A stretch of 63,901 nucleotides of DNA, counting the filler, from Octopus bimaculoides (lineage: Eukaryota), in the NCBI RefSeq assembly GCF_001194135.2. It is 6 parts of 6 records of this genome, joined end to end, with 100 filler letters (N's around TTAATTAATTAA, not from the genome) between each part and the next. Parts side by side here need not be neighbours in the genome. Positions count along the whole stretch, not along the records: positions 1 to 15,781 come from NC_068991.1; 5 more parts are not named here. One strand, 5' to 3'. Below, piece after piece: positions 1 through 11,699 of the stretch (the first letter of the stretch is position 1; each line of letters begins with the position of its first letter). Made by a program: the position numbers and the translations under genes. A model generated the notes under the pieces. The model ran no database searches and was not told where the DNA came from. It worked only from the letters and a program-made list of their open reading frames with translations.

Positions 1-642
1 AAAGGTATTTGATGCCCACTCTGAAACTCTGACAGACGAAGATTTGCTGGAATTAAAGTCTGCCAGCAAAGAGGAGGCAGAATTGCCAGATCCAAAGGAA
101 GAAGAGGATGAGGTAGGTCCAGCAATCGAATGTCTCTCTGGCCCTTTCAGGACAGCAAAGGAATTGCAAGAGAAGGCAGAAGCATGGGATCCCTATATGG
201 TTCGATCTCTCCAATTTAAAAATGCCATCGATGCTGCTATAAAACTCCTCACCACCATGAAAAAAAAAAAACAACCGCAACTTCTCATCACAATGTTCCT
301 CAAGTCCATCAAGAAAGCCTTGCACGAAGATACGACATCCCCTAAAACACATGAAGAAGAGGTGTCAACTGAAGTGCTTAAAATTTTCTTTGCTGTGCAG
401 TCATTACCTTTATTATTTTCATCATCATTGTCTTAAATCAATATCATTCATTATTGGTGAGTAACTGTACATTTTCCTTTATTTTTTATTAAATTGTTAT
501 TAAATATTTCATATATATATATATATATATAATTATTTACTTACGTTATATTTTGACATTTATAGGCATCTCTATGGACCACGTCCTGTATTAGCAGGTG
601 CTGTAGGAACCTAACCTCCATGAATACCGGGGGACTACTGTA
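1..642 (+). mobile_element. Tigger/pogo-like DNA transposon, 3' remnant (transposase C-terminus plus right TIR)
   Basis: Reading frame HSETLTDEDLLEL...AEAWDPYMVRSLQFKNAID...QLLITMFL resembles the C-terminal tail of Tigger/TIGD-type transposases. Ends ...CCGGGGGACTACTG-TA (627-642), the reverse complement of a TA-CAGTAGTCCCC Tigger-type TIR. Confidence 0.72.
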
Positions 643-663
643 TTACCAGGTAATTCAGCAAGT

Positions 664-1035
664 ATATGTATGAATGTATATATACATACATATGAATATA
701 CATATACATACACATATACAGTCACACATATATACAAACATACATACACACATATATACACATATAGTCACACATATATACACACACACATATATATACA
801 TACATACATATATATACACAATATATATACATATATATATATACACACACACACATATATACGCATATATATACATACACACACATATACACATACATAT
901 ATATACACACATATATATATACGTACATACACACAAATATATACATACATATACATACATATATATATATACATTCAGATACACACACATACATATATAT
1001 ATACATACGTACACACACACACATATATATATATG
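664..1035. repeat. Compound (TA)n/(CA)n microsatellite
   Basis: Direct inspection; the source of the spurious YIYI/HTHT ORFs. Confidence 0.95.
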
Positions 1036-1074
1036 GTGGTTGTCTACTTCTTATGCAGAGTTTGACCACCTCTT

Positions 1075-2030
1075 GTACTTACACCTTAGATCTATCATGG
1101 CATCTGATGTAGCTTTTTAAACTAGACAATGCATTGAAAAGACATCCACATAGATGGCATATCTGACTTGGACCACCATGAGTTGCAGTTAAGTTCTGAT
1201 CTTTATGGATTTTAAAATGTCTTTTGAGACTTCTATTAGATTTGCAGATCTTATGGCATACAAGGCATTGAAAAATGTGCAGAGTAATTGGTGGAGGTTT
1301 GTTTTTCATGGGTCTGCAAATGGGATTTGAACCCAGCAAAAGAAAGGCAAGGTCTGTCACATACTGTACATACAAGAAGTTCACTGAGATTCACCTTCTC
1401 ATTGATCACATTCTTCTTTAAATCTTTCTTGAGTCATGCATGTGTCATCCTGCCCTCCTCAAAAGCTTTCACTCCACTCCACTTTTGTTCGTCATCCTGC
1501 CCTCCTCAAAAGCTTTCACTCCACTCCACTTTTGTTCGCCATCCAGCTCAATCCAAAGCAAGGTTTTCTATGACCTTTGGGTCCATTCCAAGTGACTTCA
1601 TGGTAGTCCTTATGCTGTCCTCAAACCTCTTTTTAAGCTTACACCAATTGCGTTTTCTCTCCACAAGCTTGCCATAAAACGGCTGTTTGGGTGTGCGTTC
1701 ATTCGCCATATGAACTATATGGTCAGACCACCTCATTTGATTTTTCAGATTCATTGATTCAATTGAAGTGATACCTGCAGATGCAAAGACATCTATGGCT
1801 GGTGTAAAAAAGCTCCATTTAATGTTTAAAATACGGAGGAGGCAGTTTTGGTGAAATCGTTCTAACAATTTGAAACGTCTTTCATAACACATCCATGTTT
1901 CAGAGGAATACAACAGGGATGGTAAGACAAACGATTTGTAAAGAACCAATTTTGTGGTGTCATTTATATGTTGTTGGCACCTAATGCGTGACTCCAAACC
2001 ACCAAATGCTTGGTTGACCCTTTGAACTTG
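1075..2030 (-). mobile_element. RTE-clade LINE 3' remnant (end of RT plus C-terminal C2H2-like fingers)
   Basis: ORF 1548-1997: LYKSFVLPSLLYSSETW...LERFHQNCLLRIL.IKW...RWSDHIVHM...PKQ.FYG.L, typical of the RTE post-RT region. ORF 1079-1384 has CxxC...H fingers. Internal 47-bp tandem duplication at 1444-1490/1491-1537. Confidence 0.82.
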
Positions 2031-2194
2031 CAGATGTATATATATAATAATAATAATAATATAGATTTAATCAAAAGATTAAATGTGGTACTTAAAATGT
2101 TTGAGGCACCAGAATTTGGTAGGGTAAAAACCAAAAACAAAATCAAGAGATTTGGTGAATAAAATTTGAAGAAAAGCAACAAAAATTCAATAGG

Positions 2195-2291
2195 TTATAG
2201 CAGTACATACGTTTCGTACAAACTTCTTTTATTCATGTAGTGAGAACACTACATAAAATGTGCAATGAAAACGTACTCCTCAGCTGCATAA
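2195..2291 (-). ncRNA. Type I hammerhead ribozyme (PLE-associated)
   Basis: Minus strand: stem I UUAUGCAG/CUGC(U)AUAA; core CUGAGGA; stem II GUAC/GUAC capped by an AUGUAGUG-UUCU-CACUACAU hairpin; GAAA; stem III AC-GUAU-GU; cleavage triplet GUA (cut between 2204 and 2203). Folded by eye. Confidence 0.82.
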
Positions 2292-3244
2292 TGGGAATTT
2301 CATTTTAGAAAGTCATTTTGTAGATGTGTGCAAAAAACAAGAGTAAGAGAAGAAAAAATACCATCTTGACTNNNNNNNNNNNNNNNNNNNNNNNNNNNNN
2401 NNNNNNNNNNNNNNNNNNNNNNNNNNNNNNNNNNNNNNNNNNNNNNNNNNNNNNNNNNNNNNNNNNNNNNNNNNNNNNNNNNNNNNNNNNNNNNNNNNNN
2501 NNNNNNNNNNNNNNNNNNNNNNNNNNNNNNNNNNNNNNNNNNNNNNNNNNNNNNNNNNNNNNNNNNNNNNNNNNNNNNNNNNNNNNNNNNNNNNNNNNNN
2601 NNNNNNNNNNNNNNNNNNNNNNNNNNNNNNNNNNNNNNNNNNNNNNNNNNNNNNNNNNNNNNNNNNNNNNNNNNNNNNNNNNNNNNNNNNNNNNNNNNNN
2701 NNNNNNNNNNNNNNNNNNNNNNNNNNNNNNNNNNNNNNNNNNNNNNNNNNNNNNNNNNNNNNNNNNNNNNNNNATACATTAATGAGGGGTAGTAGAAGAG
2801 AGATATTATTTATAAGTAAAACCATAATATTAATGGCCAAAACCAGAACAAAGAGAAAGGTGGGGAAGACGGAGGAGGAAAAAAGGGGGAGGAATAAAGT
2901 TAGAAAAACAGGACTAAATTAAGAGAATTAAAGCTAAGGTTTTCGAAAAAGTAATATGGTAGAAGAGACTCAGAATTACCTAGAGAAATGTGGGAATATT
3001 ATCAGTGGGTTGGGAAAGGTTAAAATGTATTCTAAATTTATATTTAAAAGCTATAACTTAAATAAAGTAGTTAATAGTCAGGGAAATGAGAGGAATTAAA
3101 ATAATAAATTATTAGCAAGATTTACTTTTTTAAATATTTAAAGGTGCAAGAGTAACAATGTACACAGAGAATCCTAAGGTCAGATCTATTGTTAATTAGA
3201 TTAAGATTATCCTTAAGTTTAAAAATTTCATAAATTTCCATAGA

Positions 3245-4481
3245 TCACAGTCCACAGCCATATCTACTATCTCTATAGGGTTGTGCTCTCCTGACGATTT
3301 CCCATTTAAGATTAAAATCGATACCATTTTCCTTCAATTCCCAAATTGTATTAGATAATGATGTGCTATTGGCTTTATGATTAAGTCTAAACGAGGAAAA
3401 ATGATAGTATAATTGCAGTTTAAGGTTGATTGTGCAACCAACATAAATGTAATTATTAGTTGGAGTAGCTACTGTACATTTATAGACCACATTACGGGTT
3501 AAACAACGGCCAGATACCGGGCAGTGGGCTTTAATTCTACAATTGCAATTAAGGGTCTTATTAGCTATATATATATGTTGCTATGTTGATTATTGATACA
3601 AGTATCTAAATTGGTTATATCAACATTGCTGGTTGTATTACTGGATATGCAATTGATATTGTTTGAGCTAGGAAGATTTATCTCATCAACTATGTTAACA
3701 GTTGAAGTATTATTATGTTCATTAACATGTGCATGATTATTGGTTGCATTGGAGTTATTAATTGTTTGGTAGTTATTTGTATTGTTATCAATAATAAGAC
3801 AATTTTTATTTTCAAGGGTCCTAGCTAGTTCAATGTTCTTTGTATTTAACTTATTGATAATAGACCTTATATTGGGGAGAGTAGAGTATGAGATACAGAT
3901 AGTGTGTTGAGAGAAGATTTTATAATATCTATGGTTAGGGTCGAACATTTTTGTAAGATATCCATAAATTTCTTATAGATGTTTGTAGATACTGCATAGT
4001 TGTAAGGGATGTAAAGCCATATAGAATTTTTTCTTTTAAATTTGTAATATGAAGGGGGTTTGTGGTTATCATAAGTATTTGGGGTTATATTATTGCTTCT
4101 ACTATCATTTGTAGTTTTCTTATTGGGATCTATCTTGTTATGTAAAGTAATTTTCCTATTCTTATGGCCATTATTATAATTTCTTAATCTAGGTATTTTA
4201 TTGGTGTTAATATGGTTGTGTAGGCATTTATCAGGTTGTATTACATTTTTATTCCTATTGCTTAAGCAGGATAGGTTATTATTAGTAGGTCTTATCTTAC
4301 CATTATTTACGATAATTAAATTTTTATTATTGGTAACATTATTTAGGATAATTAGATTATCATTATTAGTATCATTATCATTATTGTTACTATCACATTT
4401 AATAGATTTACTAGGATTAAGGAAAGAAATTTTTTGGTCATAGCCCGCTCTACAAAATGACTTTCTAAAATGAAATTCCAT
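3245..4481 (-). pseudogene. PLE ORF remnant: post-RT linker plus GIY-YIG endonuclease, frameshifted, with Asn-rich inserts
   Basis: ORF-track segments 3867-4481, 3565-3948 and 3245-3490 carry consecutive PLE motifs in different frames. Confidence 0.85.
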
Positions 4482-4498
4482 TATGCAGCTGAGGAGTA
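4481..4498 (+). ncRNA. 5' half of a second hammerhead copy, cut off by the assembly gap
   Basis: TTATGCAG-CTGAGGA-GTA then N; identical to the start of the 2195-2291 motif, in the opposite orientation. Confidence 0.55.
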
Positions 4499-4598
4499 NN
4501 NNNNNNNNNNNNNNNNNNNNNNNNNNNNNNNNNNNNNNNNNNNNNNNNNNNNNNNNNNNNNNNNNNNNNNNNNNNNNNNNNNNNNNNNNNNNNNNNNN

Positions 4599-5953
4599 CT
4601 TTCACGCGTCCACCTTAACGCTCTGCACGCCCCGGAGACAATCGATCTTGAGCTGATCGCAGCAGATCAGGAAAACGACGAAGAGCTTAGTAGGCTACGG
4701 AATTCGTCGTCCCTCAAATTCCAGCTGTTACCATTATCTTCTACTTCTCATATATGATGTGATACATCCACTGGCCATGAACGTCCTTACGTCCCCGAAC
4801 AACACCGACGAAGTGTTTTCACTGCCCTTCACACCCCGGCATTCGTGCCACACAGAAGATAATAAGAACTCGTTTTGTGTGGACGAACGTTAACAAGGAC
4901 ATTCGCGCTTGGGTTGAGAGTTGCGCTGCCTGCCAAAAGGCGAAAATACAGCGACATGTAAAATCACCTCTCGGCACTTTCACAACACCGGACGCACGTT
5001 TTCAACACATCCACTTGGATATAGTCGGACCTCTACCACCCTCTCAAAACTATACACACCTCTTAACCTGCATCGACCGCTTTTCTCGATGGCCCGAGGT
5101 TTTCCCTCTGTCCGATATTTCAGCGGAAACTGTCGCTAAAGCGTTGATATCACACTGGGTATCGCGCTTTGGTGTCCCTGCGACCATCATGACAGACAGA
5201 GGACGGCAATTTGATTCGCGCCTTTTCAGTGAACTCACGCGCCTGATCGGTTCCAAGCACTGCCGCACAACAGCATATCACCCAGCGGCAAACGGCATGA
5301 TAGAGAGATTCCACAGGCAATTAAAAGCAGCCATACGTGCATGTCCAGATATAACCAACTGGATGGAATTCCTTCCTCTTATTCTGCTCGGTATCTGTAT
5401 ATCTGCTAAAGATGACATCGGTCACTCTCCGGCTGAGTTAGTTTACGGCACCACTCTGGCCCTGCCTGGGCAAATGATTGCTCCAGTTCCTCCAAGGGAT
5501 ATTCCTGATCCTACATTTTATGTACATCGTCTACGCGCACATATGTCCCATCTCTCACCTAACGCACCCCGTTCGCAGAAAACCGACACTTATGTTCCCT
5601 CAGACATTAACCAATGGACGCACATTTTTATCCGGAACGATGGAATACCATCGCAAATCCGTCCACCGTATTCTGGACCCTACAGAGTACTACAGAGAAA
5701 GGAAAAATACTTCCTCGTTGACAGAAATGGCAAGCCAAATACTATTAGTATTGATCGACTTAAGAAAGCTATCGTCGATCCCGAATTCTCCGCATCATCG
5801 TCCACTCCGAACAAAACCGACACAGTTTTGTCAAGACCTCCTGCAAGTACTTCAACGTCCTCACAGCACCCTCGAACAAAAATCGGACGAAGAGTCCGCT
5901 GGCCAGCGAAATACATACAAGTTTGCTGTTTCAAAAAGATTCCAGGTGAGTGA
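4599..5953 (+). mobile_element. Ty3/Gypsy LTR retrotransposon pol 3' part (integrase)
   Basis: HHCC zinc finger (H.GI.AT...[12 protein letters not shown]) and rve core ([11 protein letters not shown]...IDRFSRWPE...TDRGRQF...[17 protein letters not shown]), with a GPY motif and an RTKIGRRVR tail. A stop and a small deletion lie upstream of 4877. Confidence 0.93.
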
Positions 5954-6795
5954 TTTACAGGCACCAATGCTTTAATTTCCACACAAACAGCTACAAAATC
6001 TATTTATATATTTTTTTTCTTTCAACTGAATATTTTATTGATGAACTGAACATTTTATTGATGAACTGAACATTTTCATCATGAACAGAACATTTATTCA
6101 TAACCTGAATTTTTTGTCTGCATGCCTTCTCAATTTGATCCTTATTTTGCATGTACTATTCTTTTTCTTCTCGTTTGCTTTGAAAATACTTGTATTGTTG
6201 CACACACACCCGCATGCACCTTTTCCTCAGTGTCTGGCCAGGTACACGCATCTGCACACATGATTCATAAATACACAAATACTAACTCTGTCACATTCAT
6301 GCTCCACACATACCTTTCTCGCCTGTTTACACATGCTCTGCACTTATGTTTAGACATAATTTCCCTCCGTTAGACCCTTGTTTGGTCACGTAATTAACAG
6401 AGAAAATGATCTGTCTCGCACATCACTTCAGCATGCTTACACTGTCATCCCTGCTAACTCAGTAATTAACCACGACAACAGCACCAGACGCATTTCACAC
6501 ACTGCAACTCTGCAGGAAGATCTTTCATATCATGGATTAAGAATGCACCCACTCGCTCCCCTGAGCTCAATTTTGAAACGTGCCATTGCACTCCTGTATA
6601 CGCCCTCACGTGCCCATTTGCTGTACTGCCCAGTCACTGACTGCACACAAAGCGACACTGTCCAGTATACACTTCAACGATCCTCTCTCCTGATATGCAA
6701 AATTTCTCCTCAATCATTCCAGGGCATTTATCATACATTTCTTTGTTTCCTTTCTTCGTTCGCTTCCCTCCCAGGAAGCTTACTGGCGAGGAGAG

Positions 6796-7112
6796 TGATA
6801 TAGGAACCTGGCAGGCGTGAAGTGGATTCGATCCACTTTACCCATATTTGAATAGCTAGGCCGAAGCTGTCTCCACCACTTGACCCTTTTCTGACCTCTT
6901 CTACTCCATCTAGAATTGAGGTAAACAAGCTAAATCCTTTGCACTCACTGCCCTGCTTCATGGTTATATAAACAGGACACTCCAAGAAAACTTCCTCTTT
7001 TCTCTTTCTAGTGACCAGTGGTCACTTGACGTCTCATGGAGAATGATGCCTGGCTGATCAGCTACAACTTCGCAGAGGGAGAAATAACTTTACTGTCAGC
7101 CACTGTCAGACA
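6796..7112 (+). mobile_element. Candidate LTR of the upstream Gypsy element
   Basis: Purine tract GGCGAGGAGAG directly before TG (6796); ends ...GACA (7112); TATATAAA inside. No second LTR in the window to confirm. Confidence 0.35.
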
Positions 7113-7217
7113 CCGGCGCCCACATTATAACCCTACCATCTCTCCCTCTATACAGCTACTGCTATAAAAAAAAGGAACATACAGATACAGGCCTAAATTC
7201 TCAACCTCGAATGTTGT

Positions 7218-7395
7218 GACACGTAAAAGCACCCACTACACTCTCTGAGTGGTTGGCGTTAGGAAGGGCATCCAGCTGTAGAAACTCTGCCAAATCAGAC
7301 TGGAGCCTGGTGTTGCCATCCGGTTTCACCAGTCCTCAGTCAAATCGTCCAACCCATGCTAGCATGGAAAGCGGACGTTAAACGATGATGATGAT
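7218..7395 (+). mobile_element. RTE-type 3' tail element ending in (GAT)n
   Basis: GGCGTTAGGAAGGGCATCCAGC...GGACGTTAAACGATGATGATGAT; its reverse complement matches 17310-17412. Confidence 0.7.
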
Positions 7396-9946
7396 ATATA
7401 TACACACGCACACACATATATCTTCATCATCATTGAACATCTGCTTTCCTGCTGGCATGGCTTCAACGGTTTGGCTGGAACTGTTTAGCCAGAGGTCTGC
7501 ATCAGGTTCAAGTCTGATTTGGCATGGTTTCTACAGCTAGATACTTCTGTAGTTCTAGAAATTATTTGGCTTTAAGGGCAAGGTTATCAGCATAGAGGAG
7601 GTACCAGGGGTACCCATCATAAATTTGTCAGTCATTGCCTGGAGGACTATGATGAATATAGTTTGTCCCCCACCTTGACAATCGCTGATGGTGTGTTTAC
7701 ATCCCTGTAACTTAGCAGCTTGGCAAAAAGAGAGTGACAGAATAAGTACCAAGTGTTAGTAAAAAAATGTACCGGGGTTGACTTGATGCACTAACTTTCT
7801 TTAAGGTAGTGGTGCTCCAGCATGGCTTTAGTCTAATGACTAAAACACAAGATGAACAATATAGGGGGTGGGGTAGAATGAATAATTTCTGATTTTTTAC
7901 TATTTTCGTTTTATGCATTTGAAACTGTTACATTGGAAGTATTACACTGCCATTTTATACCATTGCATCATGTTTGGGAGTAAAAATTGGTCAGCATAGT
8001 TGTTGAAACTGAAAGAGTTTGAAACAGTGAAAGATAGATACATACATTTCAAGAAATTTTTCCTCAACATTGACCTGATCATAATTGAGGTTGCTAATAA
8101 AAGATGTTGATAATTTTTGGTGTTTGACAATCAATATCCTTTTCTCTTCTGGATTCCATGTCAATTTTTCCCCACACTAATGTGTGATTTGATAATTTTC
8201 AATTTTCAAAAACTTACAATTTTAAAAAAACTGGGGCAAAATGAATAATGACTAGCAATTTTTTCTCTTTAACGGCATAGTGCATAAATATATCGGGAAA
8301 ATAGCAACTCCAGCAGATCCTGAAGAAACAATAGAAAATATTTTATGTCGAGTCTTGTTCATTTCATATCATGTGTCATTTTTCCATGAATCTCTTTCAT
8401 TTGACCTAGATATTCAAAATTTTTGTTTCATTTCTGATTTTTATGATGTCTAAGGATGGATGTTGTGTATTAGTCTTTCTTCAAATTGTAATTCCGGAGA
8501 ATTGAAGAGGCAAATTTACCGTATCTCAGCTTACTCGTTTTTTCCCAGCTAAATTTATCTTTTATATGCATGCATATAACTGATAATTTTCTGAAATAGC
8601 GTTCTGAATAAGTTATAGTGATTTTAATGCATTTAGGGAACATCCTTTCTTTAACCGATATTGTTTTTGTAAAGATAGAACATTTGTGAAAATATATATT
8701 TTCTCAAAAGTTAAAAATCTAGTAAATCTTACTCACTCTGCCCCTACCCTGTATGTTTTCTTTTCTTTCTGAATAAATGTAGATACATGTATCAATGTGT
8801 ATATATATATGTGTGTAACAAGCCTAATCGTATTTATCTGCATTACATCTCTCTCTTTCTTTGTATGTGGGGGAGGGGTGTTAACAAAGCGCCGTATTGT
8901 TTTATCAATTTGTATCCTGTTGGGATTGGGAAGGGCAACTCACTTGAATAAGTAAAATTTACAGATTATTTATTAAACTTATCTCATAAAATAAAATTTT
9001 ACGCTTTCATTGTTTCAAAAATATTTAAAAAAAAGAAAAGAAAAGGAAACGTTTGGAATGTACTAGTGTTTTGGTATCTAACACTACTTTAGAGTTACAA
9101 ACAAAATTGTTAAATTTAATTAAAGATAACTCGCAGAGATGAATAGTTTACCTATTTCTAATAACGAAAACTATAAATGACTGTGATAATTCAAATTATG
9201 TGATTATATTAATATTTTTGGTGCAAGATAAACATTGACGATCGCCTAAACATCTATAAATCCGTTAGAATGAACACTCCCCTAAAAGTACCTCACTCTT
9301 GAACATGAAAAGACAATTGAAGCATTCAGTTTGTTAAGTTTTGTTCTATACAAATGATACAATTTCGATTTTAGGCTAAGTTGGTGAATGAAAAAAAAAC
9401 CGCACAGATTTGTACATCATTGGAGTAGAAAATGCATGACAGGTCATTTCTGGGATTTTGCTACCTCTGAAAATAACTTTTTACTGGTTTAAATGCTGTG
9501 TCTAAGAAAGAGAACGTGGTGCATTTAATTTTAAAATTGTTAAATGATTTACGATTCAAAACGATTTCTCGCAAAAGAATTATATTTCTATTACTCCTTT
9601 AAAGAATAATATGACATGAAAAAGCGGACTATTTAGAAAGCTGTCGTTTTCCAGCTGAACAATCACAACATCCGTAAACGATATAACCTGCTAAAGGCAA
9701 AGGATGAAATGGATTTAAAGTATATAAGCATTTTAAAGGACATCCTTTAAAACTCTCTGAATGCAGCGTTATTGATATGAAATTCAGTTTTAATATAGAG
9801 GAAGGTTCAAGTTTAATAAAGTAACAGCCAACACCCAGACTGTCATGACGAGACAATTTTACGCATCGCAGTCTTCCGGGGTGACATTTCACCAATCGAA
9901 GAATACTAATTTCGAAAATAGTCATCGAAAAATTACATAAACTTAC

Positions 9947-9994
9947 CCCCGTGCCATTATCACAAACTATCACTGAGCGTCCTTTGTTGTCCAT
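9947..9994 (-). CDS. ACTR2: Actin-related protein 2 (Arp2/3 complex subunit), first coding exon
   Basis: ATG...GGG gives MDNKGRSVIVCDNGTG, followed by a perfect GTAAGT donor (9946-9941). Matches the Arp2 N-terminus (human MDSQGRKVVVCDNGTG) rather than conventional actin (DNGSG). Confidence 0.9.
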
Positions 9995-10055
9995 TTCAGA
10001 TGTCTTCGGGATGCAAAACCATTAGATTATATTAACAAATCAGGAAGAAAAGTAG

Positions 10056-10063
10056 CCGGAAGT
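10056..10063. promoter_or_regulatory. ETS-type motif CCGGAAGT about 60 bp upstream of the Arp2 ATG
   Basis: Exact consensus match in a position typical for housekeeping promoters; function not shown. Confidence 0.35.
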
Positions 10064-10189
10064 ACACACCTCTAACAACCACCGGTTCCCACAATGCATT
10101 ACCAATAACTAGCGAAGGCCGATAACTGCCGATCCAAATATTCTTTTCTACTCTAGGCACAAGGCCAGAAATGTTTTTTTTTTTTTGGG

Positions 10190-10295
10190 GGGGGGGGTCC
10201 AGTCGATTAGGTACTGAATTTATCGACCCCGAAAGGATGAAAGGCAAAGTCGACCTCAGCGGAATTTGAACGTAAAGATAGACTAAATACTACTA
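10190..10295 (-). mobile_element. tRNA-derived SINE family A (Deu/Nin-domain-like), partial
   Basis: Reverse complement of TTCAAATTCCG..GAGGTCGACTTTGCCTTTCATCCTTTCGGGGTCGATAAA. Confidence 0.8.
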
Positions 10296-10624
10296 NNNNN
10301 NNNNNNNNNNNNNNNNNNNNNNNNNNNNNNNNNNNNNNNNNNNNNNNNNNNNNNNNNNNNNNNNNNNNNNNNNNNNNNNNNNNNNNNNNNNNNNNNNNNN
10401 NNNNNNNNNNNNNNNNNNNNNNNNNNNNNNNNNNNNNNNNNNNNNNNNNNNNNNNNNNNNNNNNNNNNNNNNNNNNNNNNNNNNNNNNNNNNNNNNNNNN
10501 NNNNNNNNNNNNNNNNNNNNNNNNNNNNNNNNNNNNNNNNNNNNNNNNNNNNNNNNNNNNNNNNNNNNCGAATATGCAGTTATCGGCCTTCGCTAGTTAT
10601 TGTTAATGCATTCAACATTTTTAA

Positions 10625-10834
10625 CCCCACCACACTTTTAAATGCATTGTTTATCAAAGTGTGGAAATTTCATTAAAGCAAGTATGTAACGTGGAAGAAT
10701 GCTGGGATTTTAACAAAATCGAAACAACAATTTCTACAGTTTAGCTAAATGAACATCGAAAGTGCACTTTATATACCTGCTTTAATGAAATTTCCACACT
10801 TCAATATACAATACATTTAAATTTGGGGTGGAGG
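10625..10834. mobile_element. MITE with ~60-bp imperfect TIRs, TTAA flanks and CC...GG termini (piggyBac-like)
   Basis: Left TTAA-CCCCACCACACTTTAAATGCATTG...GTGTGGAAATTTCATTAAAGCAAGTAT is mirrored by ATACCTGCTTTAATGAAATTTCCACAC...GGGGTGGAGG-TTAA. Confidence 0.65.
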
Positions 10835-11699
10835 TTAAAACTTTGAAATTTTTTTCTTTTTTTTAGCATGTTCGTCATCTCCGACATGTGAAAATCTAGG
10901 AATCCGAATAAACTTTTTCAGAAAAATGCATTTTTCAAGGGGAGGTGCGAATCTGCATTAGCCCTCTTTGTTTTTCACTTTTTCGAAAACTTTTAGCAGA
11001 ACATTGTAGAAGAACATGGAAATTACAATTATGGGGAAAATTGTTTTAACATTTTATTTCTTTAAATCTTCCCCTTGCTCATCCAGCTTTTCGAATACCT
11101 ACCCCCATTACGCCTCCATACTAACATTACGGGTGTTTTTATAGTCGTCCGTTCAATTACGCATGCGTTTATACTTTTCCAACCAGCAGACGAAATGAGG
11201 GTGGCTTAAATGTGGACGTTCCACATGCTAGAAACGACAGCCAAATCATAGTTCTAGCCATGACATCATGTTCCATAAGTAGGTGATACTGTAAGGAAAT
11301 TTTGGGGATGTAACTTATAATGTGAGTAAAATTCTCAATATTAATTCAACAATGCACTAGTTGTTATCGAGACGGTTTATCTACATCTCTATACCTTTTG
11401 TGCATCATGTATTTTGTTATTTCCTGTTCGTTTATTGCAAAAGCATATCCTTCAAAGTGAGAGCTAATATCGTGATGGTTAGTCAAAAATAGACTACTTT
11501 GGTGATCGATGTTACTATCATTCTATTGTCATATTGCTGTGACACTCGATTTTTATGATGAGTATCAAGAAACTACTCTATTTTAGGTTAGTCAAGTAGT
11601 TGGCAATGTTGTTAATGATGTTCGTTCTTTTTTACATATATCAAAAGGTATGTTTGTTTTGTTTCAAATAATTTAATCACATGGTTATTGGTGTATGCG

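Larger units (their letters stand above)
2035..4498 (-). mobile_element. Penelope-like retroelement (PLE), 5'-truncated, with 3' pseudo-LTR and inverted partial pseudo-LTR at its 5' junction
   Basis: Disrupted ORF: RKNSIWLYIPYNYAVSTNIYKKF, KIFSQHTICISYSTLPNIRSII, then a GIY-YIG domain (VYKCTV...YVGCT...YHFSSFR...SLSNTIWELKE...KWEIV...CGL). 2273-2322 is the reverse complement of 4451-4498 with a 1-nt indel. A hammerhead motif lies in the 3' repeat. Confidence 0.87.

Noticed and set aside
1079-1384. Two C2H2-like fingers suggesting a host zinc-finger gene
   Set aside because: Directly downstream of, and co-oriented with, an RTE RT C-terminus; best explained as the LINE's own tail.
11159-11168. 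ACGCATGCGT palindrome resembling an NRF1 site
   Set aside because: Imperfect match, 1.2 kb from the Arp2 start; too short to support without data.
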